From the NCBI GenBank assembly GCA_013388635.1, contig JACAEX010000033.1:2356-66355 (forward strand): a stretch of 64,000 nt of DNA, in the 5' to 3' direction. Numbering within the stretch: position 1 is the stretch's first letter; every line of letters starts with the position of its first letter. The DNA comes from Syntrophaceae bacterium. Its GTDB lineage: Bacteria > Desulfobacterota > BSN033 > UBA1163. The position numbers and the translations under genes are program-made. The notes under the pieces were generated by a model. The model saw only the letters and a program-made list of their open reading frames with translations. It did no database searches and was not told where the DNA came from. Of the stretch, positions 1 through 8,986 are shown one piece after another.

Positions 1-618
1 GGCACCTTTGACGACGATGGCCTTCAGATTCTTCGAGCCCATCACAGCGCCGACGCCCCCTCTACCTGCCTGGCGGTAGAGGTCGCTGTTGATCGAGGCA
101 AATTTCACCAGTTTCTCTCCGGCTGGCCCTATGGATGAGACCCCTACCGAAGCATCGGCCTCCATCTGCTTGAGCATGTTCTCCGTCTCGAAGCTATCCC
201 TTCCCCAGATGAGGTTTGCATCCCGGATCTCGACGCTCCGGTTGTCGATCCTGAGATAGCAGGGGTGATTCGCCCTTCCGCGAATCACAAGCCCATCGTA
301 TCCCGCCTTTTTCAACTCCACGGAGATTCTTCCGCTGGAGTAGCTGTCGCACCAGCCATGGGTCAGGGGCGATTTGGTGATCACCACAAACTTCGACGAC
401 CCGGTCACCAGCGTCCCTGTGAGCGGCCCTGTCAGAAAGAAGAGGAGGTTGTCCGGAGAGAGGGGGTCTGTCTTCGGAGGAAGCATGTCATGGAGAAGCC
501 TGATCCCCAGACCTCTTCCTCCGAGGTATTTTTCATACAGCTCGTCCTGGATGGGAAGGTCTTTTGTCCTTCCTGAACTGAGATCGATCTCAAGAAGTCT
601 TCCGCAGATCGCTTTCAT
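1..618 (-). CDS. Aldehyde:ferredoxin oxidoreductase (AOR family), N-terminal part; runs off the window edge
   Basis: Not in the ORF track because it has no stop in the window. Manual translation from ATG at 618: MKAICGRLLEIDLSSG...YLGGRGLG...TGPLTG...TKSPLT...IGPAGEKLVKFASI...AGRGGVGAVMGSKNLKAIVVKG, the hallmark AOR N-domain motifs. RBS-like AGAAAGGAA upstream. Confidence 0.9.
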   Translation of the reverse strand, partial: MKAICGRLLEIDLSSGRTKDLPIQDELYEKYLGGRGLGIRLLHDMLPPKTDPLSPDNLLFFLTGPLTGTLVTGSSKFVVITKSPLTHGWCDSYSSGRISVELKKAGYDGLVIRGRANHPCYLRIDNRSVEIRDANLIWGRDSFETENMLKQMEADASVGVSSIGPAGEKLVKFASINSDLYRQAGRGGVGAVMGSKNLKAIVVKGA

Positions 619-846
619 AGATTTCCTTTCTCACGGAATAATCTGGACTGATTGAATATAATATAAAATATAGCACACCCGTATTGAAAGTAAACCCTTC
701 GCGGATTACCTGAAAATAAAGGTTTCGTCTCAGGGCAAGGATGCGCTTATGGTCCAGAAATCGATAAGGAGATGAGGGCTTGAGGAAATGGGAGGAGAAA
801 GATAGTGTAGAGAACCTAACACTTCTTTACAATGATAATGAAAGTT

Positions 847-910
847 GTCATTCCCGCGAAAGCGGGAATCCGGTTGAAAAGACTGGATTCCGGATCAAGT
901 CCGGAATGAC
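847..910. repeat. REP-like palindromic doublet
   Basis: GTCATTCCCGCGAAAGCGGGAATCC (847-871) followed by the inverted variant GGATTCCGGATCAAGTCCGGAATGAC (885-910). Each half is itself a hairpin. Confidence 0.75.
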
Positions 911-1018
911 GTGATATGTAAATCCATATCCGAAACAGGACACGAGCTACCTTGAACCTGTTGAGCAAAGGTGTTAAGGGAGTATCGAATCAATTGTCAG
1001 GGAAAGAGGTGATTCTTC

Positions 1019-2779
1019 ATGACCGGTAAGAGGATCAGAACGAAAGAGGTCTTGCAGGCCAAGATGGCGGAGAGAGAGACGACCCCACTGTATAACCCTG
1101 AAGCCCTGAAGAAGCTGCGAACGGAATTTGACCGCTGGAGACAATCAACGGTAAGGGAAGAGGACCGAGAGAACTGGTTCGAGATACCCCGGACGGTTCT
1201 TGGGTCAGGGATCCCCAGAGAGATGCTTTACTCTCCCCTCAGCAACCCTGATCTGGATTACCTGCGCGACCTGGGATACTCTGGCCAAGAGCCTTACACC
1301 CGAGGGATTCACCCGAACATGTACCGGGGCAAAGCGTTCACCATGCGGCAGCTCACGGGATTCGGTGGCCCTGAAGAGACGAACCAGAGAATCAAATTCA
1401 TGCTGGCCCATGGCGGCACAGGAGTCAATGTGCTCTTTGACCTTCCGACGATTCAGATGTATGACTCGGATGACCCCATCTCCAAAGGCCAGGTGGGGAT
1501 GTCGGGAGTAGCCATTGACTCGGTGGAGGATATGGACATCGTCTTTAAAGACATCCCTCTGGACGAAGTGACTGTATCCCTCGTGACCCATTATCCGTCG
1601 AACACGGCCATTCTCTTTCCGATGTATCTGGCGCTGGCCGAGAGGAGAGGCATCCCCTGGACGAAACTCCGGGGAAGCGTTCAGAACGATATCACCCTGG
1701 AGGAGGTTGTCCGCAGCGGACCTGAGTACATTCCTCCGAGAGATTGTTTCAGGATCCAGTGCGACAACATCGAGTTCATCCGTGAACATGTTCCTCAATG
1801 GAACTTCGTGACCTATAACGGCTACAACCTCAGGGAGTTCGGGACCTCTGCCGTGACCGAGATGGCGGTGGCCGTAGCCAATGCCATCGAGACAGTCGAG
1901 GAGATGCTTCGGAGGGGCCGGGATGTGGACTGGGTGGCCGAAAGGATCGCCTTCTTCTGGTCACCTGCCAGTGATTTCTTTGAGGAAGTGGCAAGACTGA
2001 GAGCGGTCAGGAGGCTGTGGTACAAAATCATGAAGCATCGGTTTGAGGCGAAGCATCACCGGTCTCTCTGGATGCGGTGCCACGTCCAGACCTCGGGCGT
2101 CTCTCTGAGAATGGAGGAGCCGCTCAACAACATCATCCGAGCGGCTTACCAGGCCCTTTCAGCCGTCTTTGGAGGGGCTCAGTCGCTCCATGTGGACTCT
2201 TATGACGAGGCCTATTCCGTGCCTACCGAGGAAGCGGCCCTCCTCTCTTTACGAACTCAGCAGATCATTCAGGAGGAGACAGGCGTGACCGACGTGGTTG
2301 ATCCGCTGGGCGGCTCTTTCTATGTCGAGGCCTTGACGAACGAGATCGAGAAACGAATCCTTGATGAGGTGGACGAGATCGAAAAGATGGGAGGTTATGT
2401 GACCGCCATCGAAAAGGGATGGCTTCACCAGAAGATTGCCAATTATTTCTGCGAAGAAAGACGGAGGATCGAGGAGGGCGTGATCAAGATCGTAGGCTAC
2501 AACGTTCATCAGGCTCCTCTCGCATTGCCCGCCATCAATGTTTTTCGCTATCCGGAAGGAGTGGAGGAACGGCAGAGAGAGAGGCTGGCAAAGTTGAGAA
2601 GACAACGCGATAACCAGAAGGTGGAGGCGGCTTTGACTGCCCTTGAAAATGGCTGCAAGAGCGGGAAGAACGTGATGGGGCATGCTGTTGAGTGTGCGAA
2701 GGTGGGCTGTACAGAGGGGGAGATGTTCCGCGTGTTTAAACGAGTCTTCGGGCAATGGAAACCGCCGAGTCTCTGGTGA
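1019..2779 (+). CDS. AdoCbl-dependent acyl-CoA mutase, large (substrate-binding) subunit, MCM family, atypical active site
   Basis: Motifs PYTRGIHPNMYRG, TMRQLTGFG, FDLPT, GSVQNDI, EIAKxR-like EEVARLRAVRRLW, HVQTSG, NNIIR, GGAQSLHVDSYDEA, DPLGGSFYVEALT. There is no B12-binding domain in this chain. Confidence 0.92.
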   Translation: MTGKRIRTKEVLQAKMAERETTPLYNPEALKKLRTEFDRWRQSTVREEDRENWFEIPRTVLGSGIPREMLYSPLSNPDLDYLRDLGYSGQEPYTRGIHPNMYRGKAFTMRQLTGFGGPEETNQRIKFMLAHGGTGVNVLFDLPTIQMYDSDDPISKGQVGMSGVAIDSVEDMDIVFKDIPLDEVTVSLVTHYPSNTAILFPMYLALAERRGIPWTKLRGSVQNDITLEEVVRSGPEYIPPRDCFRIQCDNIEFIREHVPQWNFVTYNGYNLREFGTSAVTEMAVAVANAIETVEEMLRRGRDVDWVAERIAFFWSPASDFFEEVARLRAVRRLWYKIMKHRFEAKHHRSLWMRCHVQTSGVSLRMEEPLNNIIRAAYQALSAVFGGAQSLHVDSYDEAYSVPTEEAALLSLRTQQIIQEETGVTDVVDPLGGSFYVEALTNEIEKRILDEVDEIEKMGGYVTAIEKGWLHQKIANYFCEERRRIEEGVIKIVGYNVHQAPLALPAINVFRYPEGVEERQRERLAKLRRQRDNQKVEAALTALENGCKSGKNVMGHAVECAKVGCTEGEMFRVFKRVFGQWKPPSLW

Positions 2780-2846
2780 GGGCGCGATCTCCCCGTTTTC
2801 CAGGGGGTGGGCAACCGATTCAGAAAAGGAGGTCTTTCGGAAAGAG

Positions 2847-3260
2847 ATGGCCGGAAAGGTGAAAGTACTGCTATCGAAGCTCGGTCTGGATGTCCATAAC
2901 CGGGGGCTGATCACTGTAGCAACGGAGTTGAGGGATGCGGGGATGGAAGTGATCTACATCGGCAACTCGCTTCCGCAGGAGATCATCAAAACAGCCATTC
3001 AAGAGGGCGTGGATGTCGTTGGTGTAAGTTCGTTGGGAGGGGCGCACCTGACCTTGGGGAAGGAGCTGATCGAAGAGGCCAAGAAAGAGGGCGTGAAGGA
3101 CCAGATGGTTTTTGTCATCGGAGGCGTATTCCCGCCGGCCGATGCGAAGAGATTGGAGGAGATCGGCTTTGAGGGGACCTTCCTGCCCGGGGCGACTCGG
3201 GAGCAGATCGTCTCCTCAATTCTTAAGATGGCGTCTGCAAAGAAGAAGAAACCTGCCTGA
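2847..3260 (+). CDS. Cobalamin-binding small subunit of the acyl-CoA mutase
   Basis: GLDVHNRG (DxHxxG base-off motif), GVSSLGGAH, IGGVFP. The start is moved to ATG 2847, after AGGAGG and GAAAGAG. Confidence 0.92.
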   Translation: MAGKVKVLLSKLGLDVHNRGLITVATELRDAGMEVIYIGNSLPQEIIKTAIQEGVDVVGVSSLGGAHLTLGKELIEEAKKEGVKDQMVFVIGGVFPPADAKRLEEIGFEGTFLPGATREQIVSSILKMASAKKKKPA

Positions 3261-3307
3261 GGTTCCGTCAGGGGTTTTTCGATAAGAGAAGAAGGAGGTA
3301 GAAAGAG

Positions 3308-4711
3308 ATGAAGCAGTGGCCCCCGAAATATGATCAGTCTTATCTTCCCTCTCCAAGGTCCAAATATTGGAACAAGGATTTGGAAACCATGGACCCCGAG
3401 GAGAGGGAGAAGAAGATTATCCTGCCCAAGCTTAAGGCTCAATTGAAGTATGCCTACGAAAAGTCGGGCCTCTACCGGAGGAAATGGGACGAAGCCGGTA
3501 TCAGGCCGAGGGACATCAGGTCTCTGGAGGATTTTGAACAGATCCCCTTTCTGACCAAAGAGGAGATTCGGCAGGATCAGAAGGAGCATCCTCCTTTCGG
3601 CAGCAACCTGTGCGTTCCTTTGAAGGACCTGGCCAGGGTGCAGGGTACTTCCGGGACGACGGGCAAGCCTACGGCCTTCGGGATCAGCAAGGGAGACATG
3701 GAGCGCATTGCTGAGTTCCATGCCAGGGCCATGTGGGGGTTTGGACTCCGCCAGGAGGACATCGTTTTTATCGGTTCTTTTTTCAGCCTTTACTGGGGAA
3801 GCTGGGGCGCTTTGATCGGCGTCGAACGCCTTGGCGCCGTGGCCTTCCCATTCGGTGCGGGGGTGCCCGGTCAAACGGAACGGGCGCTGGAGTGGATGAA
3901 AGAGGTAAAGCCCACCGCCTTTTACGGGACGCCCTCGTACAGCCTCTACATCGCTGAGAAGGCAAAAGAGAAGGGCCTGGACCCGGCTAAGGATTTCAAC
4001 TTCCGCATTCTCTTCTTCTCCGGGGAGCCGGGCGCAGGCGTTCCTTCGACCAAGAAAAGAATAGAGGAGACCTACGGTGGAATCTGCATTGACTCAGGCT
4101 CCACTGCGGAGATGGCCCCGTGGATGTCGAACTGTGAGTGTGGATGGAGGAAAGGGATGCATCTCTGGCAGGACGTGGTTTATGCCGAGTTGGTGGACCC
4201 CGTTACGAAACGGAGGGTCCCCTATGGGAAAGAAGGGGTTACTGTTTACACTCATCTGGAGCGGACCTCTCAACCCATGATTCGTTTCTGGGCAGGGGAC
4301 CTCTCCCTGTGGGTCAACGATCCCTGTCCCTGCGGCCGGACCTATCCCCGCCTTCCTAAAGGGATCTACGGAAGAGCGGACGATATGTTTGTGGTGAGGG
4401 GAGAGAACGTCTATCCCAGCGCGATCGAGGATGTGATTCGGGGAATCGAAGGATTCGGAGACGAGTACCGGATCATCATCACCCGGGAAAAGGCCATGGA
4501 CGAAATGATCGTTCAGGCCGAATATAGGAGGGGAGTTGCCCCCGAGGTCATTCCTACATTGAAATCGAAGCTTGAGTCGGAGCTGAAATCTCGCGGACTC
4601 CGGTCGGTTGTCCAGATGGTTGAGCCGGATCAGCTTGAAAGAACCGAATTCAAGGCCAGGCGGGTCATCGATCAACGAACTCTGTATGACGAAATCATAA
4701 AAGGAGATTAG
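3308..4711 (+). CDS. AMP-forming acyl-CoA ligase, PaaK family, 2-hydroxyisobutyrate-CoA-ligase-like
   Basis: GTSGTTGKP P-loop, FSLYWGSWG, AFPFGAG, YGTPSY, FFSGEPG, THLERTSQPMIR, CGRTYPRLP, GRADDMFVVRGENVYPS, FKARRVID. These match my recollection of Aquincola HCL. Confidence 0.85.
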   Translation: MKQWPPKYDQSYLPSPRSKYWNKDLETMDPEEREKKIILPKLKAQLKYAYEKSGLYRRKWDEAGIRPRDIRSLEDFEQIPFLTKEEIRQDQKEHPPFGSNLCVPLKDLARVQGTSGTTGKPTAFGISKGDMERIAEFHARAMWGFGLRQEDIVFIGSFFSLYWGSWGALIGVERLGAVAFPFGAGVPGQTERALEWMKEVKPTAFYGTPSYSLYIAEKAKEKGLDPAKDFNFRILFFSGEPGAGVPSTKKRIEETYGGICIDSGSTAEMAPWMSNCECGWRKGMHLWQDVVYAELVDPVTKRRVPYGKEGVTVYTHLERTSQPMIRFWAGDLSLWVNDPCPCGRTYPRLPKGIYGRADDMFVVRGENVYPSAIEDVIRGIEGFGDEYRIIITREKAMDEMIVQAEYRRGVAPEVIPTLKSKLESELKSRGLRSVVQMVEPDQLERTEFKARRVIDQRTLYDEIIKGD

Positions 4712-4730
4712 GCAGCCGGCCTTTGATGCA

Positions 4731-6125
4731 TCATCTCGGTCGGTTCATGGCGAGTCGGCAGCGATAAAGGATCGAGAGGACCTCAAAGGGCTGCTCGATT
4801 TCAAAGAACGTAGGCACTCCACGCGGTTCGACAAAGGCTTTGCAGTCCTCCATGCATTGTTTGTCACCGCTGAAGGTGATGACGATCGGTTTTTCAGGGT
4901 ATTTCCTTGCCAGTTCGACGATAAAATTGTAAGAGGGAATGCCGGTGTCTTTTGTGAGCATGAGAACTGGAATGACGGCATCGATATTCGGATCCTGGAG
5001 CACTGCTTCCATGGCATCCCGGTAAGCAATCTCCACGCCGTGCATGTATGCAGCAGGCCATATATCGACCGGGTTCCTCATCCGGATATAGGAGGGACTC
5101 ATGTCCTGGAGTTTCTGTCGGGTGGCTGGCTCCACATCCGGGACCTCAAGGCCGAGGCGCGCACAGAGGTCGGCAAGGACGACCAGCATGGCTCCTGAGG
5201 GAGCCATAAAGCTGACACGGTTTCCCTTTGGCAGGGGGATCATGGAAAAGGCCTTTCCTGCGAGAATCAGATGGGTGTAATCCCAGATCCGTACGATCCC
5301 TGCCTGGCGAAGCATGCCATCGACGAGTCGGTCCTCGGCGGCCATGGTTGCGGTATGGGCCACTGCCGCATGCTTTCCTGCTTCGGTCACGCCGCCCTTG
5401 AGCATGACGACCGGCTTGATCCGGGTCACCTTCTTAGCAACCTCCAGGAATTCCCTTGGCCGTTTGATGCTCTCGAGGTAGATCAGGATCGCATCGGTTT
5501 CCGGGTCGTCGGCCAGATAGGCGAGCGCTTCGCTCTCTTCCACATCGATCTTATTTCCGAACCCGATCACCCGCGAGACGCCGAAATGCTCACCGGTCAG
5601 GATATACTTCATCGAATGGGTGGCGAAATTCCCGGTCTGTGCGATATAGGAGACCTTTCCCCGGCGTATCTTGCCCAAGGGGAAGAAGGTGGAGGTGAAA
5701 TGATGGGGTGTTGAAGTGTGGCCTGACGTGTTGGGGCCTATCACCCGTATCCCATTCTCACGGATGATATCCGTGAGCTCCTGCTGGATCTGTGCTCCAT
5801 ATTCATCGTACTCGGCAAACCCTCCGGCCGCGAGGACAAAGTGTTTGATCCCTTTGTGAACACATTGTCGCACGGCCTCGGGCGTCTCCTTTGCGGGAAG
5901 GATGATGATCCCAAGATCGATCCCATCGGGCAGGCTTTCGATCGAGGGATGGACAGGCAAGCCCAGGATATCGCCCCCTTTTGGATTGACGAGATAGAGT
6001 TTCCCTTCAAAGCCATTGGCCAGGATGTTCCGGATCACATCATTTCCGGGTTTACCGGCCGTGTTAGAGGCTCCTATGACGGCAACGCTTTCAGGCTCAA
6101 AATAGGCGGACAGTCGGTGTTTCAT
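4731..6125 (-). CDS. NDP-forming acyl-CoA synthetase alpha-type subunit (CoA-binding protein)
   Basis: FEPESVAVIGAS, VIGPNT, IAQTGN, GNKIDV, phospho-His region AAVAHTA, RNPVDI. No ATP-grasp domain. Confidence 0.85.
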   Translation of the reverse strand: MKHRLSAYFEPESVAVIGASNTAGKPGNDVIRNILANGFEGKLYLVNPKGGDILGLPVHPSIESLPDGIDLGIIILPAKETPEAVRQCVHKGIKHFVLAAGGFAEYDEYGAQIQQELTDIIRENGIRVIGPNTSGHTSTPHHFTSTFFPLGKIRRGKVSYIAQTGNFATHSMKYILTGEHFGVSRVIGFGNKIDVEESEALAYLADDPETDAILIYLESIKRPREFLEVAKKVTRIKPVVMLKGGVTEAGKHAAVAHTATMAAEDRLVDGMLRQAGIVRIWDYTHLILAGKAFSMIPLPKGNRVSFMAPSGAMLVVLADLCARLGLEVPDVEPATRQKLQDMSPSYIRMRNPVDIWPAAYMHGVEIAYRDAMEAVLQDPNIDAVIPVLMLTKDTGIPSYNFIVELARKYPEKPIVITFSGDKQCMEDCKAFVEPRGVPTFFEIEQPFEVLSILYRCRLAMNRPR

Positions 6126-6155
6126 TGCGGTAGGCGGTCAGGAAATGGGGATTGC

Positions 6156-7082
6156 CTATCTTCCCTTCTTTTTTGACGACAACTTCTTCCAGTCCATTCC
6201 AGCCCACTCCTCGTAAAGCCTCATGACCACCGTGGCATCGTTTCGCTCCCATCCGCTGTATTGGGTTTTGAGGAGGAACTGGTGGTAGAGCGCGCCCACT
6301 GGAAGAACCACTCCGAGCTGCCTTCCGGTCTCAAGGGAGAGGCCGAGATCTTTGATCGCGAGAACAGCAGGGCCCTTGGGTTCGAAATTGTTGGCCAGCA
6401 TATCCTCTCCCCTGGCAATCAAGAGATCGCTCGAAGCGGCTCCTGAGGTGATCACATCGAACATGACCTTGGGATCGAGACCTGCTTTAAGGCCCAGGAC
6501 CAATCCCTCAATCGCAGCGGCCTGGTTGAGGTAGAGGATGTGGTTGACGACAAGCTTCAGTGTCGCACCTTCACCGCTCTTACCGACGTAGACCGTTTTC
6601 TTACCGATCCGATCGAAGACGGGCTTGATCTTCTCATAGATGGACCTCTTGCCACCTGCCATGAAGACCATGTTTCCAACCCGTGCTTGGGCAGAGGACC
6701 CGGAGATGGGAACGTCCATCCACTCAATCCCTCTTTTCGCAAGCCTCTTGCCCAGGGCCCTGCTCTCCCACGGGGGCGATGTGCTGGTATCCACCACGAT
6801 CTGGCCCTTTCGGGCACCTGCGATCACCCCATCCCTCCCCTCCACGGCCTCGATCACCGCTTTCCAGGTCGGAAGGGAGAGGATGATAAGGTCCGCTCCG
6901 GTTGCCGCTTCTTTTGGAGAGTGGGCGGCCTTCAGGCCGAGGGGAACTAAACCGGAGATCTGTTCCTTGATGATATCGAAACCTGTGACCCGATATCCTG
7001 CCTTCATCAAGAAGGTTGCAATCGGTGTCCCCATCGCTCCCAGGCCGATGACCGAGACATTCCTTATCTCTGTAATTGACAT
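6156..7082 (-). CDS. NAD(P)-dependent beta-hydroxyacid dehydrogenase (3-hydroxyisobutyrate/tartronate-semialdehyde reductase family)
   Basis: VIGLGAMG, DTSTSPP, DVPISGS, catalytic LKLVVN, KDLGL. Confidence 0.9.
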   Translation of the reverse strand: MSITEIRNVSVIGLGAMGTPIATFLMKAGYRVTGFDIIKEQISGLVPLGLKAAHSPKEAATGADLIILSLPTWKAVIEAVEGRDGVIAGARKGQIVVDTSTSPPWESRALGKRLAKRGIEWMDVPISGSSAQARVGNMVFMAGGKRSIYEKIKPVFDRIGKKTVYVGKSGEGATLKLVVNHILYLNQAAAIEGLVLGLKAGLDPKVMFDVITSGAASSDLLIARGEDMLANNFEPKGPAVLAIKDLGLSLETGRQLGVVLPVGALYHQFLLKTQYSGWERNDATVVMRLYEEWAGMDWKKLSSKKKGR

Positions 7083-7140
7083 TTCTTCTCTCCCGTGATT
7101 GACCTTTGAGTAAAGGTTAGGGAAGCCGGTTTGGCCTCAG

Positions 7141-7168
7141 GTAGGGAACGCATATATGCATTCCCTAC
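7141..7168. repeat. GTAG-family REP-like palindrome
   Basis: GTAGGGAACGCATATATGCATTCCCTAC, a near-perfect palindrome starting with GTAG in an intergenic gap. Confidence 0.6.
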
Positions 7169-7201
7169 AAGAACAATCCCCTGACCTTTAGACAAGGTTT
7201 A

Positions 7202-8260
7202 TTATAAATCCTTCAGGTTGACCGGTTTTCCTGTACGGGCTGAGTCAATCGCGGCCCGGATCAAGGTGAGGGCCACCAGGGCTCCCCTTCCATCTGTTTC
7301 CGGTCTCCTTCCGGTGCGGATGCAGTCCGCGAACTCATCGATTTCTTCGAGGATCGGATCGCCCACCGGTAAAGGGATCGTTTCGGGTTTGTCCTTCGTC
7401 TTTTCGAGGATCTGGAGGACCGTATACCTATCCACGACCGACCAGATCTGAAGGTATTCCTCAAAAGGCACGTTCGGCAGAGAAAGCGTGCAGAAGAGTT
7501 GGGCATCGGTGCCGTAGACGTAGACGAAGTTCGTCCTGAGAGAGGCGTAGGTGGAGCCAAGATAGCCGAGGACGCCTGACTCAAATTGAAAGATGGTCAT
7601 GGTGACGTCCTCCACATCGGCTGGGGTGTAGAGCTTATTGAAAAAGGCGAAGACCTTTTGGATCGGGCCGAAGTAGTAGTTCAGCGTGTCGGCATGATGA
7701 ACCCCCATGGTCATCAGCGCGCCTGCGGGACAGCCCGAGTCGTCTCCGAACCATCGCCACTTATCGGGCGTCAATTCGAATCCCAACCTTGCAGAGAAGT
7801 TGGACTCCGCCATGACGGGTTTGCCGATGGCGCCCTGATCGATCAGCTCTTTCACCTTCCGGAATCCGGATAACCGTCGCATGTCGTGGCCGACGAGCAG
7901 GGTCACCTTTGCCTTTTCGCAGGCCTCCACCATCTTCCTCGCATCGGTCAGGGTATTGGCGATCGGCTTGTCAACAAAGACATGCTTACCGTGTTGGGCT
8001 GCTAAGACGGTCTGTTCCGCATGTATGGCATTCGGCGTGGTCAGCAGGATGCCCTCCACATCGTCCCTCTTCAGAAGATCCTCAAAGCTCTTCTCCTGAT
8101 CGCACCCGTACTTCTTGCTGAAGGCCTGCCGCTTCTCCGGTGTCCGGGTGTAGCAGGTCACCATCCTCACCTTTTTGCTTCTCGCCACAGCATTGGCAAT
8201 GACACCGGACCAGCTCCCAATCCCGACGAGAGCAACCCCAACCTTCTCCTGCTTAGCCAT
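7202..8260 (-). CDS. Gfo/Idh/MocA family oxidoreductase
   Basis: VALVGIGSW, TTPNAIH, HVFVDKPIA, GVHHAD, PETDG. Confidence 0.88.
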   Translation of the reverse strand: MAKQEKVGVALVGIGSWSGVIANAVARSKKVRMVTCYTRTPEKRQAFSKKYGCDQEKSFEDLLKRDDVEGILLTTPNAIHAEQTVLAAQHGKHVFVDKPIANTLTDARKMVEACEKAKVTLLVGHDMRRLSGFRKVKELIDQGAIGKPVMAESNFSARLGFELTPDKWRWFGDDSGCPAGALMTMGVHHADTLNYYFGPIQKVFAFFNKLYTPADVEDVTMTIFQFESGVLGYLGSTYASLRTNFVYVYGTDAQLFCTLSLPNVPFEEYLQIWSVVDRYTVLQILEKTKDKPETIPLPVGDPILEEIDEFADCIRTGRRPETDGRGALVALTLIRAAIDSARTGKPVNLKDL

Positions 8261-8515
8261 GAACTCGTTCCTCCTTCTTTTACGCTTTTTTAAGCATAAG
8301 TTTCTGATTTAAATTTTTTCTACAGAAATTTATACTGATACATCAAATGCTTTTTGTCAAACGATTTTTGGATTTTCTTCTCTCTTAGCACCCTTCCTCC
8401 ACCCTCTTCACAATCAAAATTAGCTGTTGACAGAAAGGGGAGGAGGTGGTACTAAGGAAACTGGTTAAGCCTCGATCTCCGGTGGTCCATTCAGCCCGGA
8501 GGGGGAGCTAAAAAT

Positions 8516-8526
8516 TGGTCAAACCA
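8516..8526. promoter_or_regulatory. Putative FadR-subfamily operator (TGGTCAAACCA)
   Basis: AATTGGTCAAACCATT lies downstream of TTGACA (8427-8432) and upstream of the cupin gene. The identical 11-mer occurs at 46760 and 46861. Confidence 0.6.
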
Positions 8527-8581
8527 TTAGGCAGCTAAACCAAACCAAAGGAGTTCAAAAATTGAGAGGGAGGTCAAGGAG

Positions 8582-8932
8582 ATGCCGTTTTTTAAATGGG
8601 AGGAATTGAATTCCGATTTTATCACCCCCAGTTATTCTCAGGGGAAAGGGCCGGCGATCAAGGGCGAAAAGATCGAGGTCGCCCTCATTCATTATCCGGC
8701 AGGGTCGAGGGCGAAGCCGCATGCTCACCCGAACGAACAGATCCAGGTGGTGACCAGGGGAAAGGCGAGGTATCGCATAGGAAAAGAGGAGAGGGTTCTG
8801 GGCCCTGGAGAGGCGGTCCTCATCCCCGCCAATGCCGAACATGAGGTGGAGATCTATGAAGACATGGAGGTGATCAACTGTAAGGATGTGGTTCCCGGCT
8901 GGAGCGTCTACCACGCGAGATGGGAGAAGTAA
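8582..8932 (+). CDS. Cupin domain protein
   Basis: PHAHPNEQ...IPANAEH cupin metal motifs. RBS GGAGG. Confidence 0.85.
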   Translation: MPFFKWEELNSDFITPSYSQGKGPAIKGEKIEVALIHYPAGSRAKPHAHPNEQIQVVTRGKARYRIGKEERVLGPGEAVLIPANAEHEVEIYEDMEVINCKDVVPGWSVYHARWEK

Positions 8933-8986
8933 CAGGATTCGGACACTGAGACTTCTGATCAACCCTGCCAGAGCAGAGGACGAAGA

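Noticed and set aside
1019-2779. Canonical methylmalonyl-CoA mutase
   Set aside because: The Tyr89 and His244 equivalents are replaced, and it is linked to a tertiary-acid-type CoA ligase rather than an epimerase or carboxylase.
1205-3874. Long antisense ORFs (1205-1798, 2249-2914, 2999-3874; likewise 13368-14270, 23798-24691, 56035-57129)
   Set aside because: They lie opposite well-supported genes, show no family motifs, and are expected shadows of biased codon usage.
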